From the NCBI GenBank assembly GCA_018970545.1, contig JAGWWC010000004.1, positions 828 through 64,827 on the forward strand: 64,000 nucleotides of DNA, read 5' to 3'. The stretch is from Betaproteobacteria bacterium (lineage in GTDB: Bacteria > Pseudomonadota > Gammaproteobacteria > Burkholderiales > Burkholderiaceae_A). A program made the position numbers and the translations under genes. Under the pieces are notes generated by a model. It was not told the DNA's origin and did no database searches. It saw only the letters and a list, made by a program, of their open reading frames with translations. Shown one piece after another: positions 17,098 through 26,115 of this stretch (position 1 is the first letter of the stretch; each line of letters begins with the position of its first letter).

Positions 17098-19149
17098 ATG
17101 AGTGACTCTCTGCAGAAGATGGGCGTGCCCGAGGGCGATCTGGATGCCGAGACCCGCCAGCGGGTCGAGAGCCTAATCAAAGAAGAAGAAGGCGATACCA
17201 GCAGCTACCGCGGTGGTTTGGCTGTGGTCCTGACGCTGGTGGCTGTCGCAATGTCGCTGTTTCACCTTTACTCCGCCTACGCAATTGTTCCCGCCCAGAT
17301 CATGCGGATGACCCATGTGGTCATGGTGCTGGCATTTATTTTTATTACCTTTCCGATTGCTGCCCGCTATAAGAATCGGCTGATGTGGTGGGATATCGTG
17401 TTTGCCGGCCTGGCAATTGCGGCCCTGGTGTATGCCATTCGCGGCGGCGATAACTTCACGGATCGAAACACGTTCCCGCTGCCCATGGACGTTGCCTTTG
17501 GCGGGATTCTCATCCTGCTCATCTTGGAGGCTGTCCGCCGGACCAATGGATTGGTGCTGCTGTCAGTCACGATTGCATTTTTGTTGTACGCGCTTTTTGG
17601 TGATTCACTTCCCGCGCCATGGACCCACAAGGGCTACGACTTATCCCGGCTGGTTGGCTTTATGTACATGACACTCGAGGGCATCTTCGGAGTCGCTGTG
17701 GATGTCTCCTCATCGCTGATTATTCTTTTCACCATTTTCGGCGCCTTTCTGCAGTTCAGCGGTGCGGGAAAATTTTTCATTGATTTTTCGTTTTCCGCGA
17801 TGGGTGGAAAAACCTCGAGCGTTGGCCGCACCGTGGTGCTCTCCTCATTTCTGATGGGAGGCCCATCGGGCTCGGGCGTGGCCACCACGGTGACAGTGGG
17901 TTCGGTGGCTCACAGCATGCTGACCAAGGCCGGCTATGACCGCAATGCTGCCGGTGGTCTGCTGGCCGCAGGCGGCCTGGGCGCCATCATTTCGCCCCCG
18001 GTCTTGGGCGCTGCGGCCTTTTTGATTGCGGAGTTTTTAAAGATCTCGTATCTCGATGTGCTGCTGATGGCCACGATCCCCACCTTTTTGTTTTATCTGG
18101 GGCTCTTTGTCATGGTCCAAATCGATGCAAGAAAATACAACATGTCGGGCCAGACCCTTCCGGGTGTCGAGAGCGCATGGGAGCTAGCGAAAAAGTATTG
18201 GTTCCACTTTTTCTCGCTCATATCGATTGTGCTGTTTATGCTGATGGGCTTTTCGCCCATCATGTCTGTCTTCTGGGCAACTGTCGCCTCGCTTCTCACT
18301 AGTTTTTTGCGGCGAGACTCGGCAATGATTCCTTATGAGGTCCTGATCGGCCGGGCCCCATTCTGGAAGGGCCTTTATCAATCGCGGCTCACCGAGGCGC
18401 TTTCCAATGGCTTTACCCAGGTCCTATCGATTGCCGCAACTTGTGCAGGCGCCGGACTCATTGTGGGCGTTGTCGTGCTCACAGGGCTTGGTCTGAAATT
18501 TAGCGCCATCGTGATTGAGTACGCAGGCGGATCACTCTTTTTAACCGCCCTATTCACCGCCCTGATTGTATGGATTGTCGGCTTGGCAGTTCCGGTGACC
18601 GCCTCCTACATCATCTGTGCAGTGGTCGCAGCGCCCGCCTTAATCAAACTCGGCGTACCCGAATTCGCTGCCCATATGTTTATCTTTTATTACGCAGTGC
18701 TCTCTGAGGTCTCCCCGCCGACCGCCTTAGCGCCCTTTGCGGCAGCCGCAATCTGCAAAGGCAACCCTTATCGCACCACATTCCAGAGCTGGAAATATGT
18801 TGCGCCCGCGATTCTGGTGCCCTTTATCTTTGTGCTCGACCCTGCCGGAGTGGCCCTGCTGCTGATGGGCTCTACCAAGGCCTTGGCCAAAGCCAACTGG
18901 GTTGATATTGCATGGATCACCTTTACCGCATCGGTGGGCATCGTCGCCCTTGCAGGTGGCCTGCAGAATTGGTTCATTCTTAAGACTAAGCTGATTGAAC
19001 GCTGGCTACTGATTGGTGCGGGATTAGCCCTGACCTACCCCTCTGCCACCACCGATATCGCAGGATTTATCGGATTTGGTCTGGTGTTGGCCAGCCAGCT
19101 CTTCAGACGATCGCGCGGACCGCACGGCCAATCGCCAGGCATGACGTAA
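17098..19149 (+). CDS. TRAP transporter fused 4TM/12TM permease
   Basis: Highly hydrophobic; EGIFG, SGSGVA, PPVLGAAAF and AAHMFIFYYA..SPP motifs. Confidence 0.92.
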   Translation: MSDSLQKMGVPEGDLDAETRQRVESLIKEEEGDTSSYRGGLAVVLTLVAVAMSLFHLYSAYAIVPAQIMRMTHVVMVLAFIFITFPIAARYKNRLMWWDIVFAGLAIAALVYAIRGGDNFTDRNTFPLPMDVAFGGILILLILEAVRRTNGLVLLSVTIAFLLYALFGDSLPAPWTHKGYDLSRLVGFMYMTLEGIFGVAVDVSSSLIILFTIFGAFLQFSGAGKFFIDFSFSAMGGKTSSVGRTVVLSSFLMGGPSGSGVATTVTVGSVAHSMLTKAGYDRNAAGGLLAAGGLGAIISPPVLGAAAFLIAEFLKISYLDVLLMATIPTFLFYLGLFVMVQIDARKYNMSGQTLPGVESAWELAKKYWFHFFSLISIVLFMLMGFSPIMSVFWATVASLLTSFLRRDSAMIPYEVLIGRAPFWKGLYQSRLTEALSNGFTQVLSIAATCAGAGLIVGVVVLTGLGLKFSAIVIEYAGGSLFLTALFTALIVWIVGLAVPVTASYIICAVVAAPALIKLGVPEFAAHMFIFYYAVLSEVSPPTALAPFAAAAICKGNPYRTTFQSWKYVAPAILVPFIFVLDPAGVALLLMGSTKALAKANWVDIAWITFTASVGIVALAGGLQNWFILKTKLIERWLLIGAGLALTYPSATTDIAGFIGFGLVLASQLFRRSRGPHGQSPGMT

Positions 19150-20227
19150 GGCCGGGCGATTCAAAGCCAAATAGATTAATCAGTCCTGGGCATCCGTGAT
19201 CCGATGGGCCCTGGAGCATGAAGTCGGCCGCGGGCTCGCCCGGACCGGCAAGTTTGGGTCGAACACCGGAGTAGCCTGCTGTCAGCGCGCCGCCGGGCAG
19301 CCCAGGCCACCAACTCCGCACATCGCGCTCAAAGCCTTCTAGCTCATCTGCATTGACCGCGTAATCAAAGGCTTGAATTAATCCGGTCTCAATCTGTTGG
19401 GCCGAGGGCGCATCAAGCCACTGTACATTCGGGCCGAACTGGGCCTGGCCACCACAATCAAGTGTCAAATGGGTGCCCAAGCCGCCCGGAACAGGCACCG
19501 GATAAATCAGCCGCGAAAAAGGTGGGCGGCCCTGGAGCCTTGCATAGCTGCCTTTAGCGAAAAACATCTCTGGGATGTGCTGTCCACCGAGGCCCTCGAT
19601 GCGGCTGGCGACAGCAGCAGCATCCAAGCCTGCAGCGTTGATGAGCCAGTCACACGCAACTTTTTGGCCAAGTATTTCAGACTCCCAGCGCCCATTGGCC
19701 CAGACGCTGCGATCAAATCGACTCTGCAATGCGAGCGTCGCACCATGGGCCTGTGCATCCCCCAACAGCGCAAGCATCAGATCATGCACATCAATAATGC
19801 CTGTCGATGGCGAATGGATTGCGACATCACAGCGCAATTCCGGCTCCATGGACCGGGCCTTTTGTCCGCTGATCATCGTGAGGTCATCTACGCCATTGGC
19901 AAGGCCAGTCTTAAAAAGGTTTTCGAGCCGCGCCGACTCTGAGCTTGCTGCCACGATCAATTTCTCAGTACGTCGATGGTTAAGATGATGCTTCCGGGCA
20001 TAGGCGTAAAGGAGATGCCGACCCTCGACACACCAGCGGGCTTTATTGGATCCTGTCGGGTAATAAATCCCAGCATGAATCACGCCCGAATTGCGTGAGC
20101 TGGTGCCAGTGCCAATTGCCGACTGGCCCTCCAGGATCACCACTTCTCGGCCCGCCTGGGCCAGCTCGCGGGCGATGGCCAAGCCGATGACGCCGGCCCC
20201 AATGACGAGGACGTCGATCCGGTCCAT
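19103..20227 (-). CDS. FAD-dependent L-2-hydroxyglutarate dehydrogenase/oxidase-like protein
   Basis: GAGVIG, TSSRNSGVIHAGIYY, GLGTHLT, YSGVRPK and ESPGLT motifs (LhgO/L2HGDH family). Confidence 0.85.
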   Translation of the reverse strand: MDRIDVLVIGAGVIGLAIARELAQAGREVVILEGQSAIGTGTSSRNSGVIHAGIYYPTGSNKARWCVEGRHLLYAYARKHHLNHRRTEKLIVAASSESARLENLFKTGLANGVDDLTMISGQKARSMEPELRCDVAIHSPSTGIIDVHDLMLALLGDAQAHGATLALQSRFDRSVWANGRWESEILGQKVACDWLINAAGLDAAAVASRIEGLGGQHIPEMFFAKGSYARLQGRPPFSRLIYPVPVPGGLGTHLTLDCGGQAQFGPNVQWLDAPSAQQIETGLIQAFDYAVNADELEGFERDVRSWWPGLPGGALTAGYSGVRPKLAGPGEPAADFMLQGPSDHGCPGLINLFGFESPGLTSCLAIGRAVRAIV

Positions 20228-20238
20228 GCAGCGAATGC

Positions 20239-21423
20239 TTAGAAAAAGGCCTGCAGGCCCGTCTGCGCTCGGCCCAAGATGAGTGCGTGAATATCGTGGG
20301 TGCCTTCGTAGGTGTTGACCACCTCAAGATTCACCATATGACGAATCACGCCATATTCATCGTTGATTCCATTGCCGCCCAACATATCGCGGGCAGTCCG
20401 GGCAATATCGAGGGCCTTGCCGCAGTTATTGCGCTTCACAATTGATGTGATCTCAACAGCTGCAGTATGTTCATCTTTCATTCGGCCAAGACGCAGCACG
20501 GCCTGTGTCGCCAGCGCGATTTCAGTCTGCATGTCGGCAAGCTTGCGCTGAATCAGCTGATTGGCGGCCAAGGGCCGGCCGAACTGCTTGCGATCCAGTA
20601 CGTATTGCCGGGCGGTATGCCAGCAGGATTCAGCCGCGCCCAGCACTCCCCAGGAGATGCCATAACGAGCGGAATTCAAGCAGGTAAACGGGCCCTTCAA
20701 TCCCCTCACGTCTGGAAAAGCGTTTTCTTCAGGCACAAAGACCTGGTCCATCATGATCATGCCGGTGATGGAGGCCCGCAGCCCAACCTTGCCATGAATG
20801 GGGGGTGCGGTCAGGCCCTTCATGCCCTTGTCGAGAATAAAGCCGCGAATTTCATCGGCATCGTCCTTAGCCCAGACCACGAAGACATCGGCGATGGGGC
20901 TGTTGGAAATCCAGGTCTTTGAGCCGGTCAGCAAATAGCCACCGGGTGCTTTTTTAGCGCGGGTCACCATGCCGGCTGGGTCGGAGCCATGATCGGGCTC
21001 CGTTAGACCAAAACAACCGATCCACTCTCCTTTGGCAAGCTTGGGCAGGTATTTCTGACGCTGCTCCTCGGTGCCGAATTCATAAATCGGCAGCATGACC
21101 AAGGAACTCTGCACACTCATCATGGAGCGAAAGCCACTATCAATGCGCTCAATCTCACGGGCAATCAGGCCATAGGAGACATAGTTGACGCCGGCGCAGC
21201 CATAGTCTGCGGGAAGATACGGCCCAAGAAAGCCCATCTCGCCCATTTCACGAAAAATTGCCGGGTCCGAGGACTCCTTGCGAAACATCTCCAGCACACG
21301 GGGCTGCAGCTGCTCCTGGCAATACGAGCGGGCCGCATCCATGATCATGACCTCGTCTTCCGAGAGCTGACGGGACAGTAAAAAAGGGTCTTCCCAGGAA
21401 AACTTTGGGTTCGATTTCAACAT
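20239..21423 (-). CDS. gcdH: Glutaryl-CoA dehydrogenase
   Basis: [31 protein letters not shown] and [29 protein letters not shown] before ATG 21423. Confidence 0.93.
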   Translation of the reverse strand: MLKSNPKFSWEDPFLLSRQLSEDEVMIMDAARSYCQEQLQPRVLEMFRKESSDPAIFREMGEMGFLGPYLPADYGCAGVNYVSYGLIAREIERIDSGFRSMMSVQSSLVMLPIYEFGTEEQRQKYLPKLAKGEWIGCFGLTEPDHGSDPAGMVTRAKKAPGGYLLTGSKTWISNSPIADVFVVWAKDDADEIRGFILDKGMKGLTAPPIHGKVGLRASITGMIMMDQVFVPEENAFPDVRGLKGPFTCLNSARYGISWGVLGAAESCWHTARQYVLDRKQFGRPLAANQLIQRKLADMQTEIALATQAVLRLGRMKDEHTAAVEITSIVKRNNCGKALDIARTARDMLGGNGINDEYGVIRHMVNLEVVNTYEGTHDIHALILGRAQTGLQAFF

Positions 21424-21433
21424 GATGGGGCTC

Positions 21434-22216
21434 CTATCCTCCGATGCTTGCAATCATGCCACCATCGATACGCATCATGCATCCGGTGATGTACGAGGCC
21501 TGCTGACTGCATAAAAACCCAACTGCCGCACCAAACTCATCGGGCTGGCCATAGCGGCCCAGCGGAATGGCCGAGAGGCTCTCACCAATCACATCATCAA
21601 TCGGCCGAGACTCCCGCTTGGCCCGGCCCTCATCCAGGCTGCGCAGCCGGTCTGTGGCAATCCGGCCTGGCAAGGCCATATTGACCGTGATGCCTATGGG
21701 TGCAAGCTCTCGGGACAAGGTCTTGGACCAGCCCGCCAAGGCACCCCGCAGCGAATTGGATAAGGCCAGATTTGGAATGGGCGCCACCACGCCCGATGAG
21801 GCAATGGTCACGATCCGGCCCCATCCTGCTGCGCGCATATCTGGCAGCACTGCATCAGTAACAGCGATGAGGCTCATCACCATACCGCGGAAGTGTGTTG
21901 ACCAAAGATCAATCGGCTGGCCTGCCGCGAGAGATGGCGGCGGGCCTCCGGTATTGTTCACCAGTATCTCAATCGGCCCGCTCTGCGCGCGAATCTGGGC
22001 AACTCGGCCTGCAGCCTCCTCGGGGTGTGACACATCCCAGACCACCTGCGTGGTGGGCCCGGCCATCGTCGCCGCTGATGCGGCCAGTACCTCAGGCCTT
22101 CTGCCGACCAAGACCACATGGGCCCCCTCCGCGGAGAGTGCTCGGGCTGATGCAGCCCCCAGTCCGCTGCCGGCACCGATCACCAGCGCTGTCTTTCCCT
22201 TTATGCCGAAATCCAT
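21434..22216 (-). CDS. SDR family oxidoreductase
   Basis: [15 protein letters not shown] and atypical SNSLR active-site motif. Confidence 0.85.
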   Translation of the reverse strand: MDFGIKGKTALVIGAGSGLGAASARALSAEGAHVVLVGRRPEVLAASAATMAGPTTQVVWDVSHPEEAAGRVAQIRAQSGPIEILVNNTGGPPPSLAAGQPIDLWSTHFRGMVMSLIAVTDAVLPDMRAAGWGRIVTIASSGVVAPIPNLALSNSLRGALAGWSKTLSRELAPIGITVNMALPGRIATDRLRSLDEGRAKRESRPIDDVIGESLSAIPLGRYGQPDEFGAAVGFLCSQQASYITGCMMRIDGGMIASIGG

Positions 22217-22812
22217 GACACGCTCCACTTCTGTTGTTGCATTCGCTCAAGCCAAAGGCCGCACGCAAGTGTCTTGCTATCCGTAATCTCACCGCGAAAC
22301 ACGGCGTTAAAAAATTCTTCGGGTGTCAGCAGCACAATCTCCATGCATTCGCCCTCTTCTCGGGCCGCCGGCCCCGCAGTCAGGCCGCGCGCAGCAAACA
22401 GATGAATCGCTTCCGTGGAATAAGCAATCACGGGATGCATGACGCCCAGCCGGGCCCATTGCTGTGCCCGATAGCCAGTTTCCTCGATCAACTCGCGCTG
22501 AATGGCCCGTAACGGATCTTCGCCCGAGTGAAGCTTGCCTGCAGGGAACTCAAGAAAGCTGCGATTCATGGCATAACGCCACTGACGCTCCATGACCAAG
22601 CGGCCATCCTCCAGAATTGGAATAACCGCGGCGGCACCAGGATGTAGCGTGTATTCAAAGGCCTGTTCGTGGCCATCTGGCGCCCTGACCCAATCCCGAT
22701 GAATATGTAACAGCCGGCCCTGATAGACCGATTCACCCTTTAGCCGTTCTTCGGCAAGCTCAGGATGTGGCTCGTCGGGCTGCCGTGCAGGCCGAGGGTC
22801 GGGCCGATCCAT
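22201..22812 (-). CDS. NUDIX hydrolase (ADP-ribose pyrophosphatase-like)
   Basis: HPGAA and Nudix box EFPAGK..RELIEETG; ATG 22812 overlaps the upstream TGA (TGATG). Confidence 0.88.
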   Translation of the reverse strand: MDRPDPRPARQPDEPHPELAEERLKGESVYQGRLLHIHRDWVRAPDGHEQAFEYTLHPGAAAVIPILEDGRLVMERQWRYAMNRSFLEFPAGKLHSGEDPLRAIQRELIEETGYRAQQWARLGVMHPVIAYSTEAIHLFAARGLTAGPAAREEGECMEIVLLTPEEFFNAVFRGEITDSKTLACGLWLERMQQQKWSVSWISA

Positions 22813-23135
22813 CAAGAGCTCCCCGCTGACGACGCACGCCGCGTGCGGCGCAGATAACGGTAGATGAAGCCGGGATAGGCCAGCACCAAAAAGATTAGCA
22901 GTGTGATTGCATAAAACTGCCAAGCCTGGGCATGCAGCCGGCCGACATAGGCTTCGAGCGCACGGCCGAGGCCAACGAAAATTCCGTAATAGACCAGGAC
23001 CTCGAGCAGCCGCCACCACAGCGACTTGGCTTTGCGCAGCGCCACCAGCAGAAACAGCCGCTCGGTAAAAAACGCAAGATTGGCCAGCCCCACTGCAACC
23101 ACCAGCAGCAGGAGCGCCGCCGCACCGGTATTCAT
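22812..23135 (-). CDS. DUF2818-like membrane protein
   Basis: AN..F.TER and Q.WQFYAIT...PGFIYRYL; usual position after nuoN in Betaproteobacteria. Confidence 0.8.
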   Translation of the reverse strand: MNTGAAALLLLVVAVGLANLAFFTERLFLLVALRKAKSLWWRLLEVLVYYGIFVGLGRALEAYVGRLHAQAWQFYAITLLIFLVLAYPGFIYRYLRRTRRASSAGSS

Positions 23136-24607
23136 GCCGACAGCGACATGCGCACCGTGTACAAGCAGGCGGCCATCAGCGGACCCGGCAAGATACCCAG
23201 CAGCAAAACCGCAGCACCATTGACCGTCAGTACCGACTGGGCAAGACGCCCGCAGTCCAGCGGCACCTCGAGCTTGGACTCATCGAAATACATCACCTTG
23301 ACTAAGCGCAGGTAATAAAACGCGCCAATGAGAGAGGCTAGCACCGCAAAAACAGCCAAGCCGATGTGGCCGGCCTGCACAACTGCCTCCAGCACTGAAA
23401 GCTTTGCATAAAAACCAACTGTTGGCGGGATTCCTGCCAACGAAAACACAAGCAACAAAAATACCGCTGCCAGCCATGGATGTCGGCGGCCAAGGCCTTG
23501 GATATCATCCAGCGTCTCGCACTCAAAGCCGCGCGATGAAGCCAGCATCAGTACGCCAAAACTGCCCAGAGTGGTGATGACATAGGTCACCACATAAAAC
23601 AATGAGGCGGCGTAGGCATCAACCGCTCCGACCGTGTCACTGCCCACAACCCCCGATCCAATGCCCAACAGCATGAAGCCCATATGGGCGATTGTGGAAT
23701 ACGCCAACAGCCGCTTGACATTGGTCTGCATAATCGCAATCAGATTACCAACCGCCAACGACAACACCGCAAGAATCAGGAGCATCTGCTGCCAGTCTGC
23801 AGCAACGCCCAGCAGGCCTGAGACCAGCAGCCGAATGGTGATCGCAAAGGCCGCAAACTTCGGCGCACCACTAATCAGTAGTGTCATGGCGGTGGGCGCA
23901 CCCTGATAGACATCTGGCACCCACATATGAAAGGGTACAGCACCCAATTTAAACGCCAGTCCTGCCACAAGAAATACCGTGCCAAAGACCATAATCAGCC
24001 GATCTGCCTGGCCAGAAGCGAGCTTATCGGCTACCAGCGGCAAATCCAGTGTGCCGGTGGCGCCGTAAATCATCGACATGCCGTAGAGCAAAAAGCCTGA
24101 GGCCAAGGCGCCCAGCACAAAATACTTCATGGCCGCTTCCGTGGACACCGCATGGTTTCGCCGCAAGGCTACTAGGGCATACAGCGACAAGGACAGCAGT
24201 TCGATACCCAGGTATATGGTGAGAAAGCTGTTGGCCGAAATCATCACATACTGGCCAAGGACTGCGAACATTGCCAAGACATGAAACTCGCCGCTGGCAA
24301 TTTCCCGATCCACAATGTAGTGGCGGGCATACATCAAGCTAATCGCTGCCGCAATGGAGACCCCACCCTTTAAAAACGCGGTCATCGAATCGGCTACCAC
24401 GAGGTTATTCATCGCGTAGACCGTCTCGGTGTGGCCGCTCTCAATCAGTTGCCACAAGCCCAGGAGCAGTAAGCCGCCAACCGCTAGACCATGGACCAGT
24501 AGCTGCGGACGCTTGACAAACAAATCCACAAGCAGCGCGGTGCTGAGCAGCAGCAACAGCAAAATCTCGGGAAGCGCTGCGGCGATCTTGATTGATTCCA
24601 GGGTCAT
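23132..24607 (-). CDS. nuoN: NADH-quinone oxidoreductase subunit N
   Basis: EAAMKYF, FKLGAVPFHMWVPDVYQGAP and KRLLAYS motifs. Confidence 0.96.
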   Translation of the reverse strand: MTLESIKIAAALPEILLLLLLSTALLVDLFVKRPQLLVHGLAVGGLLLLGLWQLIESGHTETVYAMNNLVVADSMTAFLKGGVSIAAAISLMYARHYIVDREIASGEFHVLAMFAVLGQYVMISANSFLTIYLGIELLSLSLYALVALRRNHAVSTEAAMKYFVLGALASGFLLYGMSMIYGATGTLDLPLVADKLASGQADRLIMVFGTVFLVAGLAFKLGAVPFHMWVPDVYQGAPTAMTLLISGAPKFAAFAITIRLLVSGLLGVAADWQQMLLILAVLSLAVGNLIAIMQTNVKRLLAYSTIAHMGFMLLGIGSGVVGSDTVGAVDAYAASLFYVVTYVITTLGSFGVLMLASSRGFECETLDDIQGLGRRHPWLAAVFLLLVFSLAGIPPTVGFYAKLSVLEAVVQAGHIGLAVFAVLASLIGAFYYLRLVKVMYFDESKLEVPLDCGRLAQSVLTVNGAAVLLLGILPGPLMAACLYTVRMSLSA

Positions 24608-24624
24608 GGGGCGATGTCCTGTCC

Positions 24625-26115
24625 TTATTGGGCCGGAAGTTTTGGGGTGGCCACGTGCTGCAGCAGATCCTGGACCGAGACCTGCATGACCTCAACAAAC
24701 GGCGCTGGCCACAGGCCCATCAGCAACACAAAAAATGCCAGACCCATCAGCATCCAGAATTCCCGAGGGCCCACATCCTTTAGTTCGGCGACATGGTCAT
24801 TGGCGACCTCGCCAAATACGACCCGCTTGATCATCCACAACGAATAAGCCGCACCAAAGATTAGGGTCGTTGCCGCCAAAAGCGCGATCCAAAAGTTGAC
24901 ATCCACCGCACCCAGAATCACCATGAATTCGCCGACAAAGCCGCTGGTCGCCGGCAGGCCACTGTTGGCCATCGCAAAGAGCACGAAAAGCGCTGAGAAC
25001 TTCGGCATGCGGTTGACGACCCCACCGTAGTCGGCGATCTGACGGGAATGCATACGGTCGTACAGCACACCAATACACAGAAACATCGCGCCGGAAATAA
25101 ATCCGTGAGAAATCATCTGCACAATGCCCCCTTGGACACCGAGCGCGTTGAACATAAAAAAGCCCAGTGTCACAAACCCCATATGAGCAATCGAGGAATA
25201 TGCCACCAGCTTTTTCATATCTGCCTGCACCAGCGCCACCAAGCCGATATACACCACCGCGATCAACGACAGCACGATCATCAGCATGTCGAGCTCGCGC
25301 GATGCATCGGGTGCAATTGGCAGTGAAAACCTTAAAAAACCGTAAGCTCCGAGCTTAAGCATAATGGCCGCTAGCACCACCGAACCGCCGGTTGGCGCCT
25401 CCACGTGGGCATCTGGCAGCCAGGTATGCACCGGCCACATCGGTACCTTGACCGCAAAGGCCACCAGAAAAGCAACAAAAATCAGAATCTGGGCCTCGAG
25501 GGGCAAGGGAAGCTTATGCCAGGCGAGCACATCAAAGCTGCCCGACTTCATGTACAGATAGACAAAGGCCACCAGTGTCAGCAGCGATCCCAGAAGCGTG
25601 TAGAGGAAAAACTTAAAGGCTGCATACACACGATTCGGTCCGCCCCAGATACCGATAATCAAATACATGGGAATCAGGGTGGCCTCGAAAAACACATAAA
25701 AAAGTACGCCATCAAGCGCTGAGAAGACACCGATCATCAGGCCGGAGAGCAACAAAAAAGCGCCCATGTAGGCGCCCACACGATCCTCAATCACCTCCCA
25801 GCCTGCGATCACTACAAAAATAGTGATCAAGGCGGTCAGTGGAATAAACCACATCGACAGGCCATCAATGCCCAGGGCGTAGTGAATGCCAAATCGCTCA
25901 ATCCATAGGGCCTTCTCCACAAACTGCATGCCCGAGGCGTTGACATCAAAGCCGGTGATGAGGGGAATGGTCACCAGAAAACACAATACAGATGCGACCA
26001 GAGCGGCCTGCCGCAGCACGGAACGTGCCACCGATCGGCCAGCGAAAATCAGCGCTGTTCCCGAGACAAGTGGGAGCCAAATCGCTAGCGAGAGGATCGG
26101 AAAGCCTGTCGTCAT
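24625..26115 (-). CDS. nuoM: NADH-quinone oxidoreductase subunit M
   Basis: HTWLPDAHVEAPT and KKLVAYSS; ATG 26115 overlaps the nuoL TAA. Confidence 0.96.
   Translation of the reverse strand: MTTGFPILSLAIWLPLVSGTALIFAGRSVARSVLRQAALVASVLCFLVTIPLITGFDVNASGMQFVEKALWIERFGIHYALGIDGLSMWFIPLTALITIFVVIAGWEVIEDRVGAYMGAFLLLSGLMIGVFSALDGVLFYVFFEATLIPMYLIIGIWGGPNRVYAAFKFFLYTLLGSLLTLVAFVYLYMKSGSFDVLAWHKLPLPLEAQILIFVAFLVAFAVKVPMWPVHTWLPDAHVEAPTGGSVVLAAIMLKLGAYGFLRFSLPIAPDASRELDMLMIVLSLIAVVYIGLVALVQADMKKLVAYSSIAHMGFVTLGFFMFNALGVQGGIVQMISHGFISGAMFLCIGVLYDRMHSRQIADYGGVVNRMPKFSALFVLFAMANSGLPATSGFVGEFMVILGAVDVNFWIALLAATTLIFGAAYSLWMIKRVVFGEVANDHVAELKDVGPREFWMLMGLAFFVLLMGLWPAPFVEVMQVSVQDLLQHVATPKLPAQ

Noticed and set aside
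21567..22286. 239-aa plus-strand ORF
   Set aside because: Antisense to the SDR gene, with shadow-like Ser/Ala/Arg/Pro composition.
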